The notes under the pieces: model-generated
The model's input: only the letters and a program-made list of their open reading frames with translations
What the model was told of the DNA's origin: nothing
Database searches by the model: none
From: Ginglymostoma cirratum
Taxonomy: Eukaryota
DNA: 64,000 nucleotides
Assembly (NCBI GenBank): GCA_024137785.1
Contig: JAHRHZ010000032.1
Coordinates: 124,001-188,000, forward strand
Direction: 5' to 3'
In this document: positions 13,476-25,317 of the stretch, in pieces
Position numbering within the stretch: the first letter of the stretch is position 1
Layout of the letters: each line of letters opens with the position of its first letter
Program-made: the position numbers and the translations under genes

Positions 13476-14575
13476 AGAACATAGAACATAGAACAGTACA
13501 GGCCCTTCAGCCAACGATGTTGTGCCAACCTATTATTCTACTGAGATCAATCTACCCTGCATACCCAACATACCCTACGTTTTACTATCATCCATGTGCC
13601 TATCCAAGAGTCGCTTAAAAGTCTCTCATGTATCTGACTCCACTACCACTGCCGGCAGCGCATTCCACTCGCCCACCACTCTCTGTGTGAAGAACCTACC
13701 ACTGACATTCCTCTATACCTTCCTCCAATCACCGTAAAATTATGCCCCCTCATAATAGTAATTTCCGCCCTGGGAAAAAGTCTCTGACTATCCACTCTAT
13801 CTATGCCTCTCATCATCTTTTACACCTCTGTCAAGTCACCTCTCAACCTTCTTCGCTCCAATGAAAAAAACCCTAGCTCCCTCAACCTTTCCTCGTAAGA
13901 CCTGCTCTCCTGTCCAGGCAGCGTCCTGGTAAATCTCCTCTGCACCCTCTCTAAAGCTTCCACATCTTTCCTATAATGAGGTGACCAGAACTGAATGCAA
14001 TATTCCAAGTGTGGTCTAACCAGAGTTTTATACAGCTGCAGCATAGCCTCATAGCTCTTAAACTCAATTCACCTGCCAATGAAAGCCAACACACCATACG
14101 CCTTCTTTACAACCCTATCAACTTTGATGGTTTTGTGGACGTGGAGCCCAAGATCCCTCTGTTCCTCCACACTGCCAAGTATCCTGCCATTAACCCTGTA
14201 TTCTGCATTCAAATTCAACCTTCCAAACTGAATCACTTCACACTTTTCTGAGTTGAATTCCATCTGCCACTTCTTTGCCCAACTCTGCATCCCGTCAATG
14301 TCCCATTTCAAACTACAACAGCCCTCCACGCTGTCCACAACTCCACCAACCTTGTCATTGGCAAACTTACTAACCCAGCCTTCCACTTCCTCATCCAAGT
14401 CATTTATAAAGATCACAAAGAGCAGAGGTCCCAGAACAGATCCCTGCGGAATACCACTGGTCACCGAGCTCCAGGCTGAATACTTTCCATCTATTACCAC
14501 CCTCTGTCTTCTATTGGACAGCTAGTTTTGAATCCTGACAGCCGAATTTCCCTGAATCCCATGCCCCCTTAACTT
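13476..14575 (-). mobile_element. CR1 3' fragment inserted in a SINE head
   Basis: RT ORFs at 14069-14500 and 13820-14044, an (AGAACAT)n tail, and a duplicated ATGCCACT at 13468-13475 and 14581-14588. Confidence 0.93.
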
Positions 14576-14840
14576 GTAATATGCCACTGAACTCGTAAAT
14601 CAAAGGGCCCAGACTCTGTGGTCGAGGGTTCAAACCCATGATGGAAGCTGCTGGAATTTAAGTTAATATATCTGGGACTGAAATCTAGTGTCAGCAATGG
14701 CAACCATGAAACTTTCAATTGTTATAAGGCCCCATTTGGTTCACCAATGCCTTCTAGGGAGGTACAACGGTCAGCCTTAGCTAGTCTGGCCTACATGTGA
14801 CTGTAGACCCACAGGAATGAGTTTGATTCTTAACTACCTG

Positions 14841-14874
14841 AACCCTACTAACCCTAACCTTAACCCTAACCCTA
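14841..14874 (-). repeat. Short interstitial telomeric repeat (TTAGGG)~5, degenerate
   Basis: aaccctactaaccctaaccttaaccctaacccta. Confidence 0.8.
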
Positions 14875-16323
14875 GCCTCTGAAATAATTTAACAAGCATC
14901 TCTGTTCAAGGGCAATCACGGATAGACAACAAATGATGGCGTTGCCAGTGACATCCATATCCCGGATGTAAAGGAACTGATGGGTAGCTGCTAGTTGGAT
15001 GTCTGGATCAAGGGCACATTATCTAAAAATTAGAGTTGGACTTCTCAGGAGTGAAATTAGAAATCAGTTCTAAAACAAAGAATGGTAGAAGTTTGAAACT
15101 CTCTTCTGCAAAGACGGTTGGTGCTGGATTTATAGTTCAATCTATCAATATTAGTTTTAAAATTTTGTTAGCCAATGGGTACCAGGGAAAATAAAGGAAT
15201 CAATTCCAAGGCCAGCCATATCGCTCAAAAAGTGAAAGAACTGTTTGGGGACTAAACGGTCTAACAGAACAGGTTTCCATTAAAGGTTCCTACATAACCA
15301 ATCATTTACAGAGGTGGAAACATTTGCCAGGATTTGTGTACATGATTTGTATATGCTATCCACAACAGCAACAATTTGCAGTGGTAATACTGCTTTCAAC
15401 ATAGTCTAATGTTCTCAGGCAGTTCACTAGAACATTATTAACTAGAATTTGGTACATCATTTAGGGAGACATTGGCCATGAAATTCTAATCAGAGCTGGA
15501 AACCAGGCGAGTAGGATGCCAGGAAAGTGGATAAGTGCTTAGAATAGGTCAAAGTATTTGTTGGGGTAGAAGGGGTCAGTGGTGTTGGTGGATGGGATTG
15601 GGAGGTAGCTATCAGGCTGACTCAGAGGGTTGTGAGATGGACACTCAGTTCGATAGTTACCCTAGAGTAGGATTTAAAATCCTTTCACCTTTCCTTGGTA
15701 AACATTAAGTTCAACTGAGTAGGAATCCTTAAGTCTTTGATATAAGGGCTTTTCAGAGGGTTCTAGATGGAAGGGAATTGCCCATCGAAAGTTTCAATTT
15801 CTCAGGCAGTTTCCATGGAATCAGCTGCACCAGAGATTCCACATGGTTTTTATGCGCAATTTCAGTCTACACTGCTCCAGAGATTGTCTGGCCTTCAGAA
15901 TATCCCAGCCATTGTCTGCCATTTACAGTCATAAAATTAAAAAATTTTAAATGCTGGTTTGAAGAACGCTCTAAAAAAGAAAATTTGCAGAGGTTTATGA
16001 ATTTCCACAACTTAGGGACTCAGTAATTGAAGGAAGGACTGGGATACAAAGGTTTATGGAAGTTGTAGAGTCATATGAGGTTAAAGAGTTTGGGAGTTAT
16101 GAGCTTAAGGAGAAATTTGAAATTGTGGATTAGAATTTTATTACTGAAGTGCAGCTTAACTAACAGCCTTATCATCAGAAAGCACTTGGACTGTGTGTGA
16201 ATGGGACATGATGCAAGTTAGGACAAGTTGATATATAGCGGAAGGCGGGAGGGGAGGCTTACTAGTTTACATCATACATACTTCATCTTCAAAAGATAAC
16301 AACACCCCTCATCTCCTTCTTAC

Positions 16324-16362
16324 CTGGTAAATGTCATTCCCTCCCTTTCCTCTTCGCTTGGG
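16324..16362 (-). CDS. CD247: CD3-zeta exon 7: PKRRGKGGNDIYQ
   Basis: cttccccag|CCCAAG...TACCAG|gtaaga, 39 nt, phase 0/0. Homologous to human RRRGKGHDGLYQ. Confidence 0.95.
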
Positions 16363-16770
16363 CTGGGGAAGATAAACATACATGTTGATTCATTCCAAAA
16401 ACACATATTTATTAGGTACATGGCTAAATGTCTGTGCTAAATTTCAGTTGAACACATTTAATGATAGATTTTCCAAGGCCTTACTTGTATGAGCATATAC
16501 TAAATAATCAGGCTGAAGGACAGGCAAAGTCTTTGGATAACTTAATTATCTTATTGAGCTGGCATCCCACAGTGCAACTCTAGGATGTTTCTAATTCAGA
16601 TTACTTTGCATGTGTGCATGTATAAAACCTATACACCATCTGCACTGGATACAATGATCTGTGTAGCGTTTGTACTGGAAATGTAGATCATTTAGTTTGC
16701 AATTTTTATCCAGTTACCAGACAAATTAAAACTGCCTTCTTTGTCACTAAAATAATTTATTCTCTCCAAA

Positions 16771-17083
16771 AGGGCAGTGGCTCAGTGGTTAGCACTGCTG
16801 CCTCACAGCACCAGGGACCCAGGTTCAATTTCACCCTCGGGCAACTGTCTATGTGGAGTTTGCACATTCTCCCTGTGTCTGCGTTGGTTTCCACCGGGTG
16901 CTCCAGTTTCCTCCCACAGTACAAAGATGTGCATGTTAAGTGGATTGGCTATGCCAAATTGCCCGTAGTATTCAGGGGTGTGTAGATTAGGTGGGTTATA
17001 GGGGAATGGGTCTGGGTGGGATGCTCCAAGGGTCGCTGTGGACTCGTTGGGCCGAAGTTTCCACACTGTAGGCATTCTATGAT
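16771..17083 (+). mobile_element. HE1-like V-SINE
   Basis: tRNA head TGGCTCAGTGGTTAGCACTGCTGCCTCACAGC, V-core TGTGGAGTTTGCACATTCTCC and a CR1-like tail. Confidence 0.9.
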
Positions 17084-17302
17084 ACAACAAATGTCGCCCT
17101 TCTGTTCAGCTTACTCAGTTTGTAACATTTACCCAAAGACATTCAGCATCAGACCTGATAACCACCAACTTTTACAGTAGTGAACAATTGATCGAGTATT
17201 TCAAATATGTAATACAAGCGAAAGTAAACATTTATAATTGGACATGATTATTTACAGCGGTTACAGAAATCTGTGGATAGATCATTTCATCCATTATCAT
17301 AC

Positions 17303-17359
17303 CTGCTGAGTCGGTTTGAGTTCACCATAAGGCTCACTTCTGTTCTTAGGATTCAGTTT
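17303..17359 (-). CDS. CD247: CD3-zeta exon 6: KLNPKNRSEPYGELKPTQQ
   Basis: ttgattgcag|AAACTG...CAGCAG|gtatga, 57 nt, the same length as human exon 6. Completes ITAM2 (YSKL-x8-YGEL). Confidence 0.92.
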
Positions 17360-18649
17360 CTGCAATCAAAATAAATTTTGACCTTCAGTTGAAATACTGT
17401 TTAATTACAAATTAATGTACCAGTCGATGTGGTTCTCTATCCAGCAATTAAAGGATGTGCAAAAAATGTGCAAGCTGGGTTTTGTTCCACAAAACTTAAT
17501 CTTCTTGGTTCAGCATGTCCCTCTAATATGATCACAAATCACTGTGTAGACAAGCAGTGGTAGATGCTGTACTCATCCATGACATCTCCTGGATGCTGCA
17601 CACAACTGACTGACTAGAAGTTAATAAGGGATATTGCTACAAGTGTCATTAGAGTTAATGGGTTTTTTCCAGCAAGTTGGATGGAGGGCTATAGTTATAT
17701 GTTCAAACATCTACCCAATTCTATCCTGCCTCAAATCAACCCACTTCCAGGTTCAGTGACAAAGGTCTGGGACACATGCATTAATCTCACAGGAGAAGTT
17801 CATTTATTCAGACATGCCCATCGGAATGAATGCTTCAATTTCAACATATAAACATTGAATGGCTACTGGATGAATTTCCCAGAATCCTGCAGCTGAAGAG
17901 CACAGTGAGTTAACAGATCCAGAGATAAGTATCTCTCCAGCACTTGAGTATACAGCTGCCTGCAACCCAACCTAATCTCCCCACAATCGCCCACATTCTG
18001 CACTCTCTTCAACCATCATGAGATCTCCCCATGGCTCATGCTGTCTTCAACATGTTCATAAACCTTTCTCTACAATCTCCACAAACAACAAACTTTTAAA
18101 ATCATCCTCCCCCATTACAAACCCATCAATTTTCTCCACTCCCCAAATGCTCCTACCCTTCCCACACACGCCTTCCTATCCATGAGCTAGCTAATCTCTC
18201 AACTTGACTGGTTGCTGGGTGGAAAACATTGACAATAAATTTAGTAGGACCAATGCATTATCCACAGCCTCTGTCTTACACTATAGTTATCAGAATGACA
18301 TTGGTGTTAAGTTCCACAAGGTGCAATATCTACACTCTCCTCAGGAGGCTATATGGTGGTGAATAGTTTTTACACCAAAGCCAAACCACACTCCATTTAG
18401 CCAAATTATAAACACGTCTACCATTACATGGGATCAGGTGTATACTATCCACAGATATTAGATGTTGCTGCCTGTCATATTATTCACAATTCAAGAGAAC
18501 ATGGTCATTAGATGTCCAAAAATTCCAGGGCACATGATTCAATTGTCCCTAAACACATTGTGCCAATGAAATACAGTTATGTTTTAAAATTGTGTGCTAT
18601 CATTCTTAGTCCTTAACAGGGGTGAAAAGAAAAAGAATAACTATACAGT

Positions 18650-20357
18650 TTATAATACAATACAACACAGGAACAGGCCTTTCAGCTCAACAAGCCTGTG
18701 CCGATTCCTACTCCTTATTTAGACCTGCTACTTATTGTCCATACGTGGTTTCTAGTCCTCTATTCACCTCTCATTCATGTGCCTATCAAGATATACCTTC
18801 AGTGTTGCTAACGTGCCTGTTTCCACCACCTCCACTGGCAATGTGCCCACTACCCTCTGTGTGAAATATTTGCCCTGCACTTCTCCCCTAAACTTTCCCC
18901 CATTCACCTTGAACCTGTGCCCTTTTGTAGTTGATCTTTGCATCCTGGGAAAAAGCCTCTGACTAAGCATCCTATCTGCACATCTCATAATTTTGGAGGT
19001 CTCTATCAGGTCACCCTTCAGCCTCCATCTTTCCATTGGAAAATGATCTGAGATAGCCAACATCTCCTCGTAACTAAAACCTTCCAGACCAGGCAAAATC
19101 CTGGTAAACATCCTCTCCAAAGCATCCACGTCCTTCTGGTATTATGGCGACCAGAACTGCATGCAATATTCCAAAAGTGGCCTAACTAAAGTTTTTTACA
19201 GCTGTAACGTAACTTGCTAATTTTTATATTTGCTGTCCTGGCCGATGAAGACAAGCATGCTGTATGCCTTCTTGACCACCTTATCCAACTGTGTTGCCAC
19301 TTTCAAGGACCTGTCAATCTGTACTTTCGGAGCCCTCTGTATGCCAATGCTTCTGAGGGTTCTGCCATTTATTATTTCATTCGCACCTGAATTTGACCCT
19401 CCAAAATGCATCACCTTGCATTTGTCTGGACTAAACTCCATCTGCCATTTCTCTGCCCAAATCTGCAATCTGTCTATATCCTACTATGTCCTTTGACAAT
19501 CCTCCTCACTATCTGCAACTCCTCCAATTTTGGTGTCATCTGCAAACTTACTAATCAGACCACCAACATTTTCCTCCAGATCTTCTCTACATGCTACAAA
19601 CAACAAAGGTCCCAGCACTGATCCCAGCAGAACACCACTAGTTACTAATCTCCATTCTGAAACCTCCCTTCCACTGCTACTCTCTGTCTTCTATGACCAA
19701 GCCAGTTTTGTATCTATCTAGCTAGATCACCCTGGATCACATGAGACTCTACCTTTTGTATCAATCTGTCATGAAGTACCTTATCAAATGCCTTACTAAA
19801 GGTCATATAGACAACAGCCCTTCCATCATCAATCATTCTTGTCACCTCCTCAAAAGACTCAATCAAGTTGATGAAACATGACCTTCCCTGTGAAAACCCA
19901 TGCTGCCTATCACTAACAAGTCCATTTGCTTCCAAATGTGTTTAAATACTGCCTCTCAGTATCTTCTCCAATGGCTTTCCCACCACTGACATCAGGCTCA
20001 CTGGCCTGTAATTACCTGGATTACCTCTGTTTCCCTTATTAAACACAGGAACAACATTAGCAATTCTCCAGTCCTCTGGAACGTTGACTGAGGCCAAAGA
20101 GGATGCAAAGCTATCTGTAAAGGCCCCAGCTATTTCCTCCCTTGCCTCCCATAGTATCCTGGAATGGATCCCATCTGGCCCTGGGGTCTTGTCTACCTTC
20201 ACGCATCTCAAGACACCCAACACTTCCTCCATCATTATGCTGACCTGTCCGAGAGGATTCACGCACCTTTCCCTAACCTCAGCTTCCCTCACATCCCTCT
20301 TTTTGGTGAAAACTGATGTAAAGTACCTTTTTAAGGATCTCACCCATTTCCTCTGGC
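18650..20357 (-). mobile_element. 5'-truncated CR1 LINE, frameshifted
   Basis: ORF fragments 19942-20343 (PGNYRPVSL), 19714-19935, 19217-19468 and 18764-19129. Its 5' end lies ~45 nt from the CD247 exon 5 donor. Confidence 0.93.
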
Positions 20358-20402
20358 TAATTGAACAATCACATTAATTTGCTAGAGCGATATAGTACTT
20401 AC

Positions 20403-20435
20403 GGAATAGGTGTCATTGTGAGCAGCACCGTCTCT
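20403..20435 (-). CDS. CD247: CD3-zeta exon 5: RDGAAHNDTYS
   Basis: ccaacag|AGAGAC...TATTCC|gtaagt, 33 nt, phase 0/0. Ends in Y-x as ITAM-splitting exons do; perfect donor. Confidence 0.9.
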
Positions 20436-21517
20436 CTGTTGGTTTTGATAAGAAAAAGAGCAATGAATGTTGTATATTTGATAACACATTTTAAAAACAA
20501 AGTTAATGTTTTTCAAGTATCAGGTGAGGCTTTCAACTTCCTGGCAACCATAATGAGAACTTCTGTAATTGCATGTTTCACGTGGTAAACTTTTTATTAT
20601 GTGTTTCAGAATTCCAATTTGCTATTTTTGTTTAAAAATGATTGTAGGTCATGTCCTACTTCTAACATTATAAGCATCTTTTTATCCTTGCCTGCTTCTC
20701 GTTTTTGTCTTGCTTAAACCTAATTACATTAGCAATCCTACCTAAATAATTACAGGAGTAGTGTTGCAATAAAATAACCTTTGTTCTGTTTAAGTCTAAA
20801 GATTCACTGCTGTTATTTTTAAATGGAATGATTCGCTACTCATACACACACATTCTTATCTCATGGGGCCCTTTAAAGAAACACCTTTTGTATGGCCATA
20901 AAAATGAAAATAAATATTATACAATAACATGTTGCAACTTCATGGAAATAATGCAGTTGCATTTTGAAAATATTGAACACTTACAAATCACCTAATAACT
21001 AGCTGTGCATGTATTGTAGGAATTTCACACTGAACACTAATGCTCTTCTGTCACCCAATGAGTACTGTTTGTGGTGGCAGTGGTATTACAGTTCACTTAC
21101 ATGCACTTTGAGACAAATGTACTCTGGAGATATGGACGGTGATGGGTAGTGACACTTATATTCTTTGTATCACATGGCAGAAATGTTTCTTACTCTTACC
21201 GCCCACCATTAACTTGAGTTGGAAGGACTTGCAGACTGATATACAACCTGTTTGATTATGCAATCATCACACTTTCCTTCGCCATCAAGTGCTGGGATGG
21301 GCCCCGAGCCTGGGGTTCTGATTCAGGGGGTGGAAGAGCACCACAGGGCTCCTGCAGTAAGGTGCACCGTCTTGTGCAAATGACAATTGAGATTAGCCTA
21401 AACATCCCAGAAATTGTAACCTCAACATTTAAAAGGTTCATTCTGAATTTCCTGTTTTAAAATAGTCTGTGTTTGGAATCGGTTCTTATTTTATAAAATA
21501 TAAGTTAAAAAAAATAC

Positions 21518-21607
21518 ATGTTTTGTTCCAAATCCAGCCTCTGTGTCCTGGTTCCTTTTGTTAAAACCAAGGTGGGAATATGCATCTTGATCTCTCTTCT
21601 GCAAAGG
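21518..21607 (-). CDS. CD247: CD3-zeta exon 4: PLQKRDQDAYSHLGFNKRNQDTEAGFGTKH
   Basis: tatctttgcag|CCTTTG...AAACAT|gtattt, 90 nt, phase 0/0. Completes ITAM1 (YQPL-x7-YSHL). The donor is weak, so the 3' boundary is less certain. Confidence 0.88.
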
Positions 21608-24559
21608 CTGCAAAGATAATAAAAATTCTGATTACTCTGACAAATATCTCAAATATAATATAATCTATTTTCTTAGTGGTTCAGATCAATCACATAGATC
21701 ATTTAAATATTATCATTAGTGCCATGTTACTCTAGTGAATATTTCTAATGCAATAAAAGACTGAAGTAGCCGGCTGAGAAAGTTGAATAAGTCTTAAGAC
21801 ATGTTTTCAAAGTGATCAATAACTGTAAAAAGTTGACTTCTGATACTAATGTTGTGTCAAAATTGATACGCAAAATTTTTGCCAGATCACTTGGATCTCC
21901 TGCAGAAAAGTTTTTGTCAAATGACTGGCATTAGAAGCTGTCTTCTTCCAATCATTGCTTTTCAGCTGATTGTTTGAATCTCTGAATTTGAGGGATTTAC
22001 ACTGCATGCTGTTATGTGTTTAGTGCAATACATGATCCATTACCACTGGCTAGCTTACTGGGAAGACAAAGCGTGCAAGTTCTCTCCTGTCAGTACACTG
22101 CATCTGCATCACCAAGAACTGCAAAGTACCTCTTTGCAGTGACACATATCAACGAGTCACCATTCAGCCCTAGGTTGACCTGCATAGGATCTCAGAGAAA
22201 TCTTGGTCCACAGGAGTAAGGTATGAAGTCCCTCCAGCAAGTGGACACACCCTGATGTCCTTCCATCAGGTCTATGGGACCAATAGTACCCACTGCCTTG
22301 TGTGCCTGCCTTGGAAAAGTCAGAACCACTGGAGTGGAATCATATAGACAGCTGGTGATCAATTCAAACAAGCCGCTCCTTACAACTGAATGGGCTGAAG
22401 AAGGATGAGTTTCTGTCCTTCCTCTGGATTTAATCCATTTGGCCAAGAGAGAGATGTAGATACTGTGTAAGTCTCTCCCTGGATCCTGCTATGACTATGC
22501 AGCCAAAACAAATAGAAAGGACATCTCATCCTTAGTTTTATCTAGGTGGGGTGATGTCGGAGGAAAACACTTGAGATAGTAGTTTATAGCCCAGCTTGAT
22601 TGATTGATGTAACGGAGGTTGTCTCTAATGGACAGCATTGGCATTCTATTGGCCAACCACTACAAACGCCAGTCAATACAATACTAACCCACCAACATCT
22701 GCTTTCCTAAATGAGTGCATGAGGGTTGGGATTATGTTCCGACAAGCAGATGGCAAATGGGAACCCCTCAAATAAGACATGCAGATCCTCCAGCTTGAGG
22801 ACTGGAACTTCAAGTATGTGTGTCTTGGCATGAGGACTTGCAGTTCACAAATGGTATTCATAAGGCAGCACTGATCTGCCATGAGCTACATAACTGCAAA
22901 GTTGAAATTGCTGCTCTCAAAGAGACTAGATTGGTCAATAATGGAACACTATGTGAAGCCCATTACATAATCGACTACCCACTGGCATGGCAAAAGTTCA
23001 GCTGACCACCTGTGAACATGGAGTAAGTTTCATTGTCAAAAAAAAATGATAATTGAGGTATTTGTTGTGACTGCTGAACACCTTCAATCTCTTCATCCGG
23101 ACTTACGGAGCAACCTTGTATCCATTGCTGAAAACAAAGATCACCTATATGTTGGTCTTGAATGATATTCTGAAGCATCGGCAATACGAGGATGTTAATG
23201 CAAGAGTTAGATCAGATTTATTTTTGTCAAATATGCCTTAGTCATCTTGGCATTGGCAAGATGAATAATAATAGACAGCGACTATTAGAATGTTGTGCAC
23301 AGTGTGGTCTTTGTGTTCCTAACATCATCTTCCAGGGCAGACATCAGCACCCAGCACTATCCAGGATCTGGCCACTGGCACCAACCCTACCTGATAAACA
23401 GCGTTCCACATAACTCTGCATCTATCACAGTCCAGAGTGATACCGGTCACTCTCTAGTCACTGACAGGGGAATGGTGCAACAATGGAAAATATGCAAATC
23501 CAAATACAATGGCATGCCACACATCAATATTCCATGTAAAATGGATGAGAAGTTTCAGAAATTCTCAGAAGGTTTTTAAGACCCAGCATGCAGAAATTAT
23601 TTCTGTCACTGAAGCAAAAATGCAGCTCACCTGACTTCCAACCTGTCTCTTATACCTAAAGCACATTTCAATCTCAAGCAACCAATGAGGTGTGTGGATC
23701 AGCAAGTTACTTTTATTAACCTCTTCCATGGGATATAGGTGTTGCTGGCTAGGTCTGCATTAATTGTCTATCCCTAATTACCCTGGATGGGGTTAGATGC
23801 TACTGTCAAAGAGGCTATTGACCCTGTAGCAGCAAGGGAAATCCCTGGAATAGATGGACTACCAGCTGAGCTGCTCAAATATAAAAACCTCCTGCTGCGG
23901 CTCTTTCTCTGTGACCTCTTCTTCCTCTGCTGGAGAAAAAAACTGTTCAACCAATGTGTGTAACACAAGCATCAAGTTATGCAAGAACAAAGGCAATTGA
24001 AGAGATTATAGCAACAACCACAGCATCTCACTCCTCAGCATCATAGAAAGTTCTTTGCTATTGTTGTGCTTAAGGAAGCTGTAATGACTAGCCTTGAGAT
24101 TATTCCTGATGTACAATGTGGTTGCAGAATGGGTAGATCCAAAGCAGATATGATCTGCTTAGAGAAAATAGGTGCTCCTTCCTTGATAACATGTCCAGCA
24201 ACATTCAGTTTGATAGTTCCACCTCTGCTAGTTTTGTGATCAAGAATGGAATCAATTAGGGCTGTGCTGTAGTCCCTACTATTTTTTTTTTGGTCCATCA
24301 CCTGTCATACGGCAAGATATAAGCGTGGTGAGACGGGAACTTCCTGAACCTATCAAGACTGAAAACCAAGTCAAACGTGTAGAACGTTACGATCAGAAAA
24401 CTTCTGTACACAGGTGGTGCTGCACCCATTGCCCAGAGAGATCAGCAGCTCCCAAGGCTCATGGTGTCACGCCTGTGTTGTGTTTACACCCACCTACAGT
24501 GTCAAGAAAACTAATTCTAGTACAGAATATTGTGCCTCCACCAATGATCAGACACAATC

Positions 24560-24904
24560 GGGAGGCGGTGGCCTAGTGGTATTATCACTGGACTATTGAG
24601 CCAGAGAGTGTTCTGGGGACCTGGGTTTGAACCCTGCCATGGCAGATGGTAGAATGTGAATTCAATAAAATATCTGGAATTAGGAATCTAAGGATGACCA
24701 TGAATCCATTGTCGATTGTTGGAAAAATCCATTTGGTTCACTAATGTCCTTTAGGGAAGGAAACTGCCATCCTTACCTGGTCTGGCCTACATGTGACTGC
24801 AGACCCACAGCAATGTGGTCGATTCTCAACTGCCCTCTGTGTAATTAGGGATGGGCAATAAATGCTGCCTGGCTAGTGACGCCCTCATCCCATGAATGAA
24901 TAAA
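24560..24904 (+). mobile_element. tRNA-derived SINE (family 2) with L2/CR1-group LINE tail
   Basis: Head GGTGGCCTAGTGGTATT; tail ATTAGGGATGGGCAATAAATGCTG...CATCCCATGAATGAATAAA. Near-identical to 32055-32412. Confidence 0.88.
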
Positions 24905-25317
24905 GGGAAAAATAAATCACACACTTCTGAAAACATTCAAGCAATTCTGCCACCTTGGATCTATGGCTAGAGAACCTCCCTATTGTTGAAGTGCTCAGTA
25001 CATGCATTGGAATGATAGTTACCAATATTAAGCTGACTAACTAAACAGCCATGGGATAACTACAAACTGACCTGAAGGATCAAGGTGTTTATCTACAAAT
25101 CGTTTATCCTCACTGTATTGGTGTATAGCAGTAAAGCCTGGATAAACTATACTTACCATAAGAAGAAGCTCAATATTCTCCATCTTTGATTTCTAACTCA
25201 CATCCTGACACTCACAGAAACATGAATAACCAAGTCCTTATTTGGGCAAGCCTTGCAAACATGCTAACACTGATCAAGATGGCTTCACTGGTTTGGGCAT
25301 GCGTGCAGGATAGAAGA

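Larger units (their letters stand above)
13452..14965 (+). mobile_element. tRNA-derived SINE (family 2), split by CR1
   Basis: A-box-like GTAGTGGTAA before the CR1, then B-box-like GGTTCAAACCC and a body matching 24560-24904. Confidence 0.75.
11440..15260 (+). mobile_element. Very old CR1 host element carrying nested Tx1-like, SINE and CR1 insertions
   Basis: Remnants at 12820-13450 (PGPDxxxPRV-, ESQHG- and AFDK-like) and a 3' end at 14990-15260. Confidence 0.55.

Noticed and set aside
20660-20710. Basic stretch ending DAYN, as an alternative exon 5
   Set aside because: There is an in-frame TAA and a poor donor; 20403-20435 fits far better.
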